DNA from: Verrucomicrobiota bacterium
GTDB taxonomy: Bacteria; Verrucomicrobiota; Verrucomicrobiia; Limisphaerales; SXQI01
Direction: 5' to 3'
Assembly: GCA_033762115.1 (NCBI GenBank)
Contig: JANRLX010000113.1
Location: 1-22,821, forward strand
Length of the DNA stretch: 22,821 bases
Position 1 is the first letter of the stretch; each line of letters starts with the position of its first letter. The position numbers and the translations under genes are program-made. The notes under the pieces are model-generated. The model saw only the letters and a program-made list of their open reading frames with translations. It was not told where the DNA came from and did no database searches. Positions 8,922-16,684 of the stretch are shown one piece after another.

Positions 8922-10013
8922 ATGCAAAAAATCCTCGTTATCGAAGATACGCCAGAAGTTCGGAACCTGATTACCGAGAGTCTTCAGATCAATGGTTTCA
9001 ACACCGTGTCTGCTGAGGATGGAGAGGAAGGAGTGCGCATGGCGCTGGCTCACTTACCTGACTTGATCCTTTGCGATGTGCAGATGCCGAAACGGGATGG
9101 TTACCAGGTTTTGGAAGCTGTCCGGAACGATCCCACCAGCAAAACCATTCCCTTTATTTTTCTTACAGGAGTGGCGGACAAAGGTCATGTCCGCCAGGGA
9201 ATGAATCTCGGGGCGGATGATTACCTGCCAAAGCCGTTCATGATTGGGGAGCTGCTGGCAGCGGTGAATACCCGGCTTAAACGTGCGGCTGATAATAATC
9301 AGGCGCGGGATAAGCGCATGGAAGAGTTGCGGGAGAGCCTCAGCCTTGCACTACCTCATGAACTGATGACCCCGCTCAATGGCATCCTGGGTTTTGCATC
9401 TGTCCTGATGCAGGATGCTCAAAACCTTCCGCCTCAGGAAGTTTTGGAATTTGCTCAACATATCCATACATCCGCAAGCCGCCTGCAACGGGTGATCGAA
9501 AATTTTCTGCTCTATTCGCAGATTGAACTCGTTTTCACTGATCCTGCGAAGGTTGAAGCATATCGAAATGCTGATCCTTCAGCGGTGAAGAGTGTTTTAA
9601 CCGATCTGGCGCGCAAAAAAGCGGACCAGGCTGGTCGTTCGAACGACCTGCTCCTCCAACTACAGGAGGGGGAGATCAGGATTGCACACCCTAAACTGGA
9701 AAAGATTTTCTCAGAGATACTCGATAACGCATTTAAATTTTCACCGCAGGGGAGCAGCGTGATTGTGACTTCTGGTGGGGATGAGAAATGGTTCCGAATC
9801 CAGATTACGGATCATGGCCGGGGATTGACCCCTGACCAGATTACGAAAATGGGGGCGCACATGCAGTTTGGGCGCAAGACTCATGAACAACAAGGTTCAG
9901 GCCTCGGCTTTGCCATTGCCAAACGGCTTGCGGAATTGCATGGAGGAACGATTATCATGCAGAGCGTTGCGGGACAGCGAACGACTGCTGAGATTTTGTT
10001 TCCTGTCTCCTAG
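8922..10013 (+). CDS. Hybrid response regulator / histidine kinase (REC-HisKA-HATPase), no sensor domain
   Basis: REC: KILVIED, DLILCDVQMP, FLTG, GADDYLPKPF; H-box LPHELMTPLN; N-box ILDNAFKFS; G1 DHGRG; G2 GSGLG. Start placed at ATG 8922, where the REC domain begins, rather than TTG 8832. Confidence 0.92.
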   Translation: MQKILVIEDTPEVRNLITESLQINGFNTVSAEDGEEGVRMALAHLPDLILCDVQMPKRDGYQVLEAVRNDPTSKTIPFIFLTGVADKGHVRQGMNLGADDYLPKPFMIGELLAAVNTRLKRAADNNQARDKRMEELRESLSLALPHELMTPLNGILGFASVLMQDAQNLPPQEVLEFAQHIHTSASRLQRVIENFLLYSQIELVFTDPAKVEAYRNADPSAVKSVLTDLARKKADQAGRSNDLLLQLQEGEIRIAHPKLEKIFSEILDNAFKFSPQGSSVIVTSGGDEKWFRIQITDHGRGLTPDQITKMGAHMQFGRKTHEQQGSGLGFAIAKRLAELHGGTIIMQSVAGQRTTAEILFPVS

Positions 10014-10070
10014 CCGCCCTTTCAGCGGGTTTTCAGATGTTTTTCATTTGATCGGCTTTCTCTTTTCACA

Positions 10071-10098
10071 TTGATCTTTGGTCTTTGAGGCGTATTTT
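10071..10098 (+). promoter_or_regulatory. Putative sigma70 promoter of the dapF operon (leaderless type)
   Basis: TTGATC (10071-10076), 16 nt, TATTTT (10093-10098), then 8 nt to ATG 10107; no Shine-Dalgarno. Confidence 0.5.
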
Positions 10099-10106
10099 CG
10101 CGCGGC

Positions 10107-10916
10107 ATGATGGTGCCATTTACAAAAATGAACGGCGCAGGAAACGATTTTATCCTGATAGATAATCGCGCCGGTAAGATCAGTTTAAGTCCAGAGCAGG
10201 TGGTGCGGCTTTGTCACAGGCAACGGGGAATTGGGGCAGATGGTTTGTTTCTTCTGGTGCCTTCTCGAAGCGGCAAAGCTGAATGGGCCTGGGATTTCTT
10301 CAATAGCGATGGAAGCAGCGCCGATATGTGCGGCAATGGCGCTCGTTGCTTTGGCCGGTTTATCCAAAAAGTGGCTGGAGCTGGGACTCAAACGAGTTTT
10401 GAGACAGGCGCTGGCGTCATCAAGGCCACCTTTAGCGGTGACCGGGTCACTGTGAACCTGACGCCGCCGCGAGATTTGCGACTTAATGATTCCGTGCAAC
10501 TCAGCATAGGGAACCATCTCATTCATTCGCTGAACACAGGAGTCCCACACGCGGTCCTGTTTGTGCCGGATGCGGACAAGGCAATGGTGCAGAACCTTGG
10601 CCATGAAATCCGGTTTCATTCTCATTTCGCGCCTCGCGGCACCAATGCCAATTTTGTGCAGGTGCTTGGTCCAAACAGCATTCGAGTGAGAACTTACGAG
10701 CGTGGAGTCGAGGGGGAGACTCTTGCCTGCGGGACCGGAGTTACGGCATCAGCATTGATTGCGGCAAAATTGCACGGTTTTACTTCACCTGTTCAGGTAA
10801 GGGTGCAGGGCGGCGATGATCTGGAAGTGCGATTTGCCTTGCAGGAGAACTCCTTTTCCGATGTGGCGTTGACTGGCCCGGCGGATTTCGTTTTTGAGGG
10901 GACCATCCAAATTTAA
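10107..10916 (+). CDS. dapF: Diaminopimelate epimerase
   Basis: FTKMNGAGNDF, GIGADG, NSDGS..MCGNGARC, NTGVPHAV, RTYERGVEGETLACGTG (both catalytic Cys). Confidence 0.97.
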   Translation: MMVPFTKMNGAGNDFILIDNRAGKISLSPEQVVRLCHRQRGIGADGLFLLVPSRSGKAEWAWDFFNSDGSSADMCGNGARCFGRFIQKVAGAGTQTSFETGAGVIKATFSGDRVTVNLTPPRDLRLNDSVQLSIGNHLIHSLNTGVPHAVLFVPDADKAMVQNLGHEIRFHSHFAPRGTNANFVQVLGPNSIRVRTYERGVEGETLACGTGVTASALIAAKLHGFTSPVQVRVQGGDDLEVRFALQENSFSDVALTGPADFVFEGTIQI

Positions 10917-10956
10917 GCTGTTTTTTCCCTTACCGCACTTCATTATTTCCAAACTG

Positions 10957-11838
10957 ATGTTTACAGGAACATACACTGCCATTGTCACTCCTTTTAAAGG
11001 AGGCGAGATCGATGAAGCCGCTCTTGCGCAATTGATCAAACGGCAGATCAAGGGTGGTGTGGATGGGATTGTCCCGGTCGGAACCACTGGAGAATCTCCC
11101 ACGCTTTCGTATGAGGAGCATATCCGAGTGATCGAACTGACGGTCAAAGAGGTTTCCGGCAGAGTCAAAGTCCTGGCTGGTACCGGCGCAAATTCAACAG
11201 AAGAAGCGATTTACCTGACCCAGGCTGCTGAACGGGCTGGAGCGGATGGATCGCTTCAAGTGGCACCCTATTACAACAAGCCAACCCAGGAAGGACTTTA
11301 CCAGCATTTCAGGGCAATTGCCAAAACCACGAAACTTCCCATTGTTCTTTACAGTATTCCGGGGCGTTGCGGGATCGAGATCGGAATCGAGACGGTCCGG
11401 CGACTTGCGACTGATTTCAAGAATATCGTTGGAATCAAGGAGGCAGGCGGAAATGCAGATCGCGTGAGCCAGTTGCGGGCGGCATGCGGACCCAAATTGA
11501 TTATTCTGAGCGGAGATGATTCGTTGACTTTGCCGTTCATGGCAGTGGGCGCCGAAGGGGTGATCAGCGTTGCTTCCAATTTAATTCCAAAGGAAATTTC
11601 GCAAATGGTCCGGGCGTTTGCTGCGGGACAGATCAGCGCGGCACAGAGAATTCATTTCAAGTACCTGTCGCTCTTTCGAAATTTGTTTGTGGAAACCAAT
11701 CCTGTTCCCGTTAAGGCGGCGCTGGCGATGAAAGGTTTGCTTCAGGAGGAGTACCGGCTTCCGCTGGTGGCAATGGAAACAAAGAATCGGGCACTGCTCA
11801 AGAGCACGCTCGAAGAGTGTGGATTTCTCAAGTCATGA
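10957..11838 (+). CDS. dapA: 4-hydroxy-tetrahydrodipicolinate synthase
   Basis: MFTGTYTAIVTPF, GTTGESPTL, PYYNKP, LYSIPGR, Schiff-base GIKEA, LSGDD, ETNPVPVK; start at ATG 10957. Confidence 0.97.
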   Translation: MFTGTYTAIVTPFKGGEIDEAALAQLIKRQIKGGVDGIVPVGTTGESPTLSYEEHIRVIELTVKEVSGRVKVLAGTGANSTEEAIYLTQAAERAGADGSLQVAPYYNKPTQEGLYQHFRAIAKTTKLPIVLYSIPGRCGIEIGIETVRRLATDFKNIVGIKEAGGNADRVSQLRAACGPKLIILSGDDSLTLPFMAVGAEGVISVASNLIPKEISQMVRAFAAGQISAAQRIHFKYLSLFRNLFVETNPVPVKAALAMKGLLQEEYRLPLVAMETKNRALLKSTLEECGFLKS

Positions 11839-12569
11839 CCAGGATTGTCATCACCGGTTCCAAGGGAAGAATGGGGCAGGCGTTAGTTCGCTGCGCGACA
11901 GCATTTCCTGACCTGCAGGTGGTCGGCCAGATTGATACTGGAGATGATATCCGACAGGTGATCGAGGAGTGTGATGTGGTTATCGACTTCAGTTTTCACA
12001 ACGCGACCCCGGATATTGCAAAAATTTGCGGAGAGTTCAGGAAAGCCCTGGTGATTGGGACCACTGGCCATCAGGATGGGGAGAAAGCCGCGATTTTAAA
12101 TCATATCAAAGGAATTCCTGCTGTATGGGCCTCCAACTATTCCACTGGGGTAAACGCGCTTTTTTGGCTGACTCGAAAGGCAACTGAAATACTTGGACCT
12201 CCATTTGACCTGGAAATCATCGAGATGCATCACCGGTTAAAGAAAGATGCGCCGAGCGGGACCGCTGCCACCCTTGCGGAAATCCTAGCTGAGGTACGCC
12301 AGAAGCAGTTGAGCGAGGTGATTCGGCATGGCCGGGAAGGCATTGTCGGAGAGCGTAGCAGTGCGGAGATTGGCATGCACTCAGTTCGGGGAGGGGATGT
12401 GGTGGGGGACCATACGGTGATTTTCGCTGCGCTGGGTGAACGGGTTGAGCTGACACACAAGGCATCGAGTCGCGACACCTTTGCCAATGGCGCCCTGCGC
12501 GCGGCGGAGTGGGTGGTGAAACAAAAGCCGGGCCTATACAGCATGCAGGATGTACTGGGCCTGAAATAG
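11835..12569 (+). CDS. dapB: 4-hydroxy-tetrahydrodipicolinate reductase
   Basis: GSKGRMG, VIDFS, VIGTTG, EMHHRLKKDAPSGTA, RGGDVVGDHTV, ELTHKA; ATGA overlap with the dapA stop. Confidence 0.97.
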   Translation: MTRIVITGSKGRMGQALVRCATAFPDLQVVGQIDTGDDIRQVIEECDVVIDFSFHNATPDIAKICGEFRKALVIGTTGHQDGEKAAILNHIKGIPAVWASNYSTGVNALFWLTRKATEILGPPFDLEIIEMHHRLKKDAPSGTAATLAEILAEVRQKQLSEVIRHGREGIVGERSSAEIGMHSVRGGDVVGDHTVIFAALGERVELTHKASSRDTFANGALRAAEWVVKQKPGLYSMQDVLGLK

Positions 12570-12589
12570 TTCTGGCCGCTGGCAATGTT

Positions 12590-13108
12590 ATGGCCAGTTT
12601 CAATCAATACGCCTTTATTGCGCTTGGCTCGAATATTGGGCATTCAAGAGCAATTTTGCGCGAGGCCGCACACCTGCTAGCTTCGTTTTCTTCAACACCG
12701 CTGGTTGCTTCCTCAATCTGGAAAACCACGCCTGTGGATTGTCCCCCTGGGTCGCCGGATTTTTTCAATGCGGTGGTGGGTATCAGACCAGTCCCGGCAC
12801 TTTCACCTGAGGAATTATTGGAGAAGCTTCAGGAAATTGAACGCGCCTTTGGACGTGTCAGGAAAACTGTCCTGAATGAAGCCCGTCCACTGGATCTGGA
12901 TATTCTCTTTTTCAGGGGTGAAACAAAATCCACTCAATCGCTGATCCTTCCGCATCCGCGAGCGCACCAACGCAAGTTTGTCCTCGCGCCACTGGCGGAG
13001 ATTGCGCCAGAGCTTGAACTAGTGGACCGGAAAACAGTGTCGCAATTTCTGAGTGAGTTGAAATCCGGGGAGCAGATTTCCCGGCTGGAACCGTTGATTG
13101 AAAGCTGA
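12590..13108 (+). CDS. folK: 2-amino-4-hydroxy-6-hydroxymethyldihydropteridine diphosphokinase
   Basis: AFIALGSNIG, FFNAVV, IERAFGR, RPLDLDIL, LPHPRAHQRKFVLAPLAEI; start moved to ATG 12590, downstream of dapB. Confidence 0.95.
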   Translation: MASFNQYAFIALGSNIGHSRAILREAAHLLASFSSTPLVASSIWKTTPVDCPPGSPDFFNAVVGIRPVPALSPEELLEKLQEIERAFGRVRKTVLNEARPLDLDILFFRGETKSTQSLILPHPRAHQRKFVLAPLAEIAPELELVDRKTVSQFLSELKSGEQISRLEPLIES

Positions 13109-13123
13109 AGCCTGAACTCGGGT

Positions 13124-13684
13124 TCAGACGGTCATGATTTCTTTTTCCTTGTGGGCAAGGTGGCCATCAATTTTCGCAATGTAGGAATCAGTGAGTTTTT
13201 GCACTTCCTTTTCAGCGCTTTCTATCTGGTCTTCGGTGACACCGCCGGTTTTGGTCTCTTTTTTCAGAGCTTCCATGGCGTCGCGACGGACATGCCGAAT
13301 GGCGACTCTTCCATCTTCAGCCATTTTCTTGACGATTCTCGAAAATTCGAGGCGTCGTTCGGTGCTGAGTTCTGGAAGAACAATGCGAATAAATTTTTTA
13401 TCAATGGCAGGGTTGAGTCCGAGGTTGGCCTTTTGGATCGCCTTTTCAATGGCGTGGACGGTGGTGGCATCCCACGGCTGGATCATAATCACTCGTGATT
13501 CAGGGGTGGTGATGCCAGCCATTTCGCGGAGACGCATGTGAGAGCCGTACGCCTCAACCATGATATTTTCAACCAGACCGGCGGAGGCTTTCCCGGTGCG
13601 GACGCTGGCAAATTCGTGCGTCACGACCTCTTCGGTCTTGGCCATTTTTTCTTCTGCTTCCAATAGGATATCGTCGAGAGCCAT
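13124..13684 (-). CDS. frr: Ribosome recycling factor
   Basis: VRTGKAS, IQPWD, IEKAIQKANLGLNP, LSTERR, RVAIRHVRRDA, KEKEIMTV; directly downstream of pyrH. Confidence 0.97.
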   Translation of the reverse strand: MALDDILLEAEEKMAKTEEVVTHEFASVRTGKASAGLVENIMVEAYGSHMRLREMAGITTPESRVIMIQPWDATTVHAIEKAIQKANLGLNPAIDKKFIRIVLPELSTERRLEFSRIVKKMAEDGRVAIRHVRRDAMEALKKETKTGGVTEDQIESAEKEVQKLTDSYIAKIDGHLAHKEKEIMTV

Positions 13685-13688
13685 AATC

Positions 13689-14447
13689 TTAACCTGTTAC
13701 CAATGTGCCAACACTTTCCCCTTTAACAACCCGCGCCAGGTTGCCCTGAACAAAAAAGTCAAAAACGATGATTGGCATTTTGTTGTCCATGCAAAGGGAG
13801 AAAGCGGTGGAATCCATGACTTTCAATTGCCGTTGCAGGGCATCCATATAGGAAATTTTTTGATACCGTTTGGCTTTGGGGTTCTTTTTAGGATCAGAGT
13901 CGTAGATACCATCAACTTTCGTGGCTTTTAAAATGACCTCGGCGCCCATTTCGTTGGCGCGCAAGGCAGCGGTGGTATCAGTGGAGAAGTAAGGGTTCCC
14001 TGTGCCGCCCCCGAAGATGACAACACGGCCTTTCTCAAGGTGGCGCATGGCACGTCGGCGAATAAATGGTTCAGCGACTTCCTCCATTGAAATGGCGCTT
14101 TGCACGCGAGTAGGCACGCCTGCATGTTCGAGGGCATCCTGTAAAGCGAGGGCATTAATGACGGTGCCAAGCATGCCCATGTAATCTGCGGTGGCCCTTT
14201 CGATGCCTCGTTCGCTTCCCTGGAGGCCGCGAAAGATGTTTCCGCCCCCGACGACCACGACAATTTCAACGCCAAGTTCCCTGACATCCTTGATCTGCAA
14301 TGCCATTTCATTGATGGCGGCAGGATTGATGCCTACCCCATCCGATCCTCCCAAGGCTTCTCCACTGACTTTCAGAAGGATGCGGCGGTACTTGGATACA
14401 GGACGTTTTTTCATGTTATGGCGACCTCGAAGATCCAGACGGGACAT
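13689..14447 (-). CDS. pyrH: UMP kinase
   Basis: [71 protein letters not shown] Shine-Dalgarno before ATG 14447 (alternative ATG 14414). Confidence 0.97.
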   Translation of the reverse strand: MSRLDLRGRHNMKKRPVSKYRRILLKVSGEALGGSDGVGINPAAINEMALQIKDVRELGVEIVVVVGGGNIFRGLQGSERGIERATADYMGMLGTVINALALQDALEHAGVPTRVQSAISMEEVAEPFIRRRAMRHLEKGRVVIFGGGTGNPYFSTDTTAALRANEMGAEVILKATKVDGIYDSDPKKNPKAKRYQKISYMDALQRQLKVMDSTAFSLCMDNKMPIIVFDFFVQGNLARVVKGESVGTLVTG

Positions 14448-14483
14448 ATAACCTCCGTTAGGAACTGCGAATCAGACGACCGG

Positions 14484-14512
14484 TTTGTAACAACCTGTGG
14501 CCCAAGCGTCAA
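14484..14512 (-). promoter_or_regulatory. Putative sigma70 promoter for pyrH-frr
   Basis: Minus strand TTGACG (14512-14507), 17 nt, TG-T-TACAAA (14489-14484). Confidence 0.5.
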
Positions 14513-14663
14513 ATGAAAGGGAACTCAAAGTCTTGCGGGAATTCCAGAGGCAGAAGTCCTCAGGAGGCAAGCCCTTCGTTTCTTGGAGAGAGATTGCGCA
14601 ACCTGCGGATGGTGGTTGCAGGGAAGTTTTGTCGAGAAACGAGAGACCTGGTTTGAGAATGCT

Positions 14664-14685
14664 GAAGGTTAACGACCTTCTTTTT
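14664..14685 (+). terminator. Intrinsic-terminator-like hairpin oriented for a plus-strand transcript
   Basis: GAAGGT-TAACG-ACCTTC followed by TTTTT on the plus strand. Confidence 0.35.
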
Positions 14686-14726
14686 GAAGAGCACTTCAGG
14701 CTGCCAATCAACAGACAATTTCGTTT

Positions 14727-14981
14727 TCATTTTTTACCCCTCTTTTTCCCGCTTCGCGATTGCTTTGATGAGGCTTTCCCTTTTGTTTTCGAGGCTTTCT
14801 TCGAACCTGTTTTTCGTCCCGATCCAGTTTGTTTACCGCCTTTATCCTGTTTATTTACGGTGGCCCATGCCCGCCGTTCTGCTTCCTTCTCACTTACGCC
14901 ACGTTTTTCGTAAGATTCCTCAATGTGCGCCGCTTTTCGTTTTTGCTTGCTGGTGTAGGCGCTTTTATCTCCCTGCGGCAT
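14727..14981 (-). CDS. Small basic conserved protein (family often auto-annotated 'plasmid stabilization protein'; function unknown)
   Basis: MPQGDKSAYTSKQKRKAAHIEESYEKRGVSEKEAERRAWATVNK is a widespread conserved motif I recognise; Lys/Ser-rich tail; AAGGA Shine-Dalgarno upstream. Confidence 0.85.
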   Translation of the reverse strand: MPQGDKSAYTSKQKRKAAHIEESYEKRGVSEKEAERRAWATVNKQDKGGKQTGSGRKTGSKKASKTKGKASSKQSRSGKKRGKK

Positions 14982-14983
14982 AA

Positions 14984-15205
14984 TTATTTCCTTTTAATGA
15001 AAACCGTTTTGTCATCCTGAGATCGCTTTCCGTTTCCGGCACCCGCTTCTTCCCTGGCGAGCGGTGAATCGCTGGTCCCTGCACCGGTTTTGGCTGCCTG
15101 CCGTGGGAGGAGCGATTTCCGCTTCTTTTTTGTTTCCAACAATTTCATATCGTCATCTTTGGCGGATAGTTCAGTGCTCCCGGAACGGCTTCTCCTTTTT
15201 CGCAT
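14984..15205 (-). CDS. Hypothetical small basic, probably disordered protein
   Basis: 73-aa ATG ORF ending 2 nt before the next gene; charged low-complexity composition; no recognisable motif. Confidence 0.45.
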   Translation of the reverse strand: MRKRRSRSGSTELSAKDDDMKLLETKKKRKSLLPRQAAKTGAGTSDSPLAREEAGAGNGKRSQDDKTVFIKRK

Positions 15206-15325
15206 TATGGATTGCCGATTGACGGGTTCTAATCAGGAATCCTCTTCGATCTGCCATTAGGGAAGACCTGAAGAGGTAAACGGGATGAAGTTGCCTAACC
15301 CTTCAATTTGCAGTTTCCTCCCTGC

Positions 15326-15658
15326 ATGTCCTTTAAACTGACAAATCCGCAGCTTCGTGAATTGAAGAGGCTGGCCCAGAAGCTTGATCCGCATGTCCGA
15401 GTGGGAAAACAGGGGTTAAGTGACGGATTCATCCGGAGCCTGGATGAGATGCTGGGACACCTTGAGCTGGTGAAGGTGAAGTTCGATGAATTCAAGGAGG
15501 AGAAGAAGACTCTTGGAGCTGAATTAGCGGAAAAGACGGGGAGTCAGATCGTTATGAAGGTAGGGAATGTGCTGGTTCTTTATCGACAGAATCCAGACCC
15601 GATGCGACAAAAAATTCAACTGCCGAAGGCTGGCCCTTCCGGCACGATGCAGGAGTGA
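15326..15658 (+). CDS. yhbY: YhbY/CRM-domain RNA-binding protein
   Basis: LTNPQLRELKRLAQKLDPHVRVGKQGLS, HLELVKVKF, KVGNVLVLYR; start at ATG 15326. Confidence 0.9.
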   Translation: MSFKLTNPQLRELKRLAQKLDPHVRVGKQGLSDGFIRSLDEMLGHLELVKVKFDEFKEEKKTLGAELAEKTGSQIVMKVGNVLVLYRQNPDPMRQKIQLPKAGPSGTMQE

Positions 15659-16257
15659 GTAAAGGACTACGCTGGACATTATACGTGCTGGGGTTGATCG
15701 GATTTCTGCTGATCGGTCTCCTTATAGGCAGCCTTGTGACAGGGGTCTTCCGTCTTTTTCCCCAGCCGAGGGTGATCAACAGTTCCGCAATCGTCCGCCA
15801 GGTGCAGGGGCTTTCTGAGCTTGTGACGGTCAAGTATGTCATTGAAAAGGTGATCATTCTGGAAGACCCAAAATGGTATGGAGAAAGCCGTGTTCTGCTC
15901 CTTGCCCACGGAATCTGCAAAGCGGGAGTGAACCTGAAGGAGTTCAAGGAGGAACATATCGAAATCCAGGGAAAGAAAGTGATTGTTCGGCTGCCAATGG
16001 AGCAGATCACAGATGTTTACCTGGATGAACAAAAAACCCAGGTGATCGAGCGGTCAACGGCAATCACCCGGCAATTCGATAAGGACCTGGAGCAAAATGC
16101 CCGGCGGCAAGCGGTTGAGGATATTCGAAGGGCAGCCCGGAACAATGGCATTCTGACAGACTCGCGGGAACGAGCTGAGATGCAAATCCGGCAGCTGTTC
16201 CTGCTGGCGGGATTCGAGAAAGTGGAATTTAAAAGCCCTTACAACTCCGGCGAATGA
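15655..16257 (+). CDS. DUF4230-like membrane-anchored protein
   Basis: Single N-terminal TM helix; LSELVTVKY, G.CKAGVNL, VIVRLP, GIL..SRERAE..I..L...AGFEKVEF pattern; GTGA overlap with yhbY. Confidence 0.8.
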   Translation: MSKGLRWTLYVLGLIGFLLIGLLIGSLVTGVFRLFPQPRVINSSAIVRQVQGLSELVTVKYVIEKVIILEDPKWYGESRVLLLAHGICKAGVNLKEFKEEHIEIQGKKVIVRLPMEQITDVYLDEQKTQVIERSTAITRQFDKDLEQNARRQAVEDIRRAARNNGILTDSRERAEMQIRQLFLLAGFEKVEFKSPYNSGE

Positions 16258-16294
16258 GGCGGAACTATTCGGCAGGGTGAATAGTTTCGGCTCA
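16255..16294. terminator. Hairpin between convergent genes, probable terminator
   Basis: TGAGGCGGAACTATTC-GGCAGGGT-GAATAGTTTCGGCTCA: 16-position stem with one G-U pair and one mismatch; no clear U-tract. Confidence 0.5.
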
Positions 16295-16301
16295 GCCGGA
16301 A

Positions 16302-16505
16302 TCAGGGTTTAAGCCACTTTTTAAGCGAGTCACCGGGGACCATGTCGCGAACGGCGTCCAAAGCATCTTCCACAGCAATTTTTCCACGATTCAGGTGAGA
16401 ACGCAGTTTCATGAGGTAGATACCAGGGCGGTCAGCAAAATTTTCCCTCCATCGCAGGGTGCTTTCCTTGGTATAGTTGTTATTCTGTGCCATAGAGGCT
16501 TTCAT
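16302..16505 (-). CDS. Hypothetical small protein (63-67 aa)
   Basis: ATG ORF (16505, or 16493) flanked by a correctly oriented sigma54-type promoter upstream and a hairpin downstream. Confidence 0.6.
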   Translation of the reverse strand: MKASMAQNNNYTKESTLRWRENFADRPGIYLMKLRSHLNRGKIAVEDALDAVRDMVPGDSLKKWLKP

Positions 16506-16525
16506 ATTTGTTAAGCTACATCATG

Positions 16526-16541
16526 AGCATGGCATATGCCA
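16526..16541 (-). promoter_or_regulatory. Putative sigma54 (-24/-12) promoter
   Basis: Minus strand TGGCATATGCCATGCT = GG-N10-GC; predicted start near 16515, just upstream of the small ORF. Confidence 0.6.
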
Positions 16542-16684
16542 TTTATGTGACAGTCTCCGCACAATTCTGAGACATTCGATCAGGGATTCCCCTATCCTGA
16601 TATGATGAAAACCATTGGAGATGAATGGCTAAGAAGGCCTTAAATCAAAAGATTTTGGGTGCTGAAAACTGAAGGAACCGAGGC

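Noticed and set aside
10014..10106. Possible lysine riboswitch ahead of the dap operon; likewise a T-box or SAM element ahead of metG and a cobalamin riboswitch ahead of the B12 radical SAM gene
   Set aside because: The intergenic spaces are too short (93, under 120 and 16 nt) and contain no matching consensus motifs
14472..15020. ORFs 14472-14711 (-), 14497-14913 (+), 14684-14983 (+) and 14829-15020 (+)
   Set aside because: No motifs; they overlap the pyrH promoter or are antisense shadows of the conserved small basic protein
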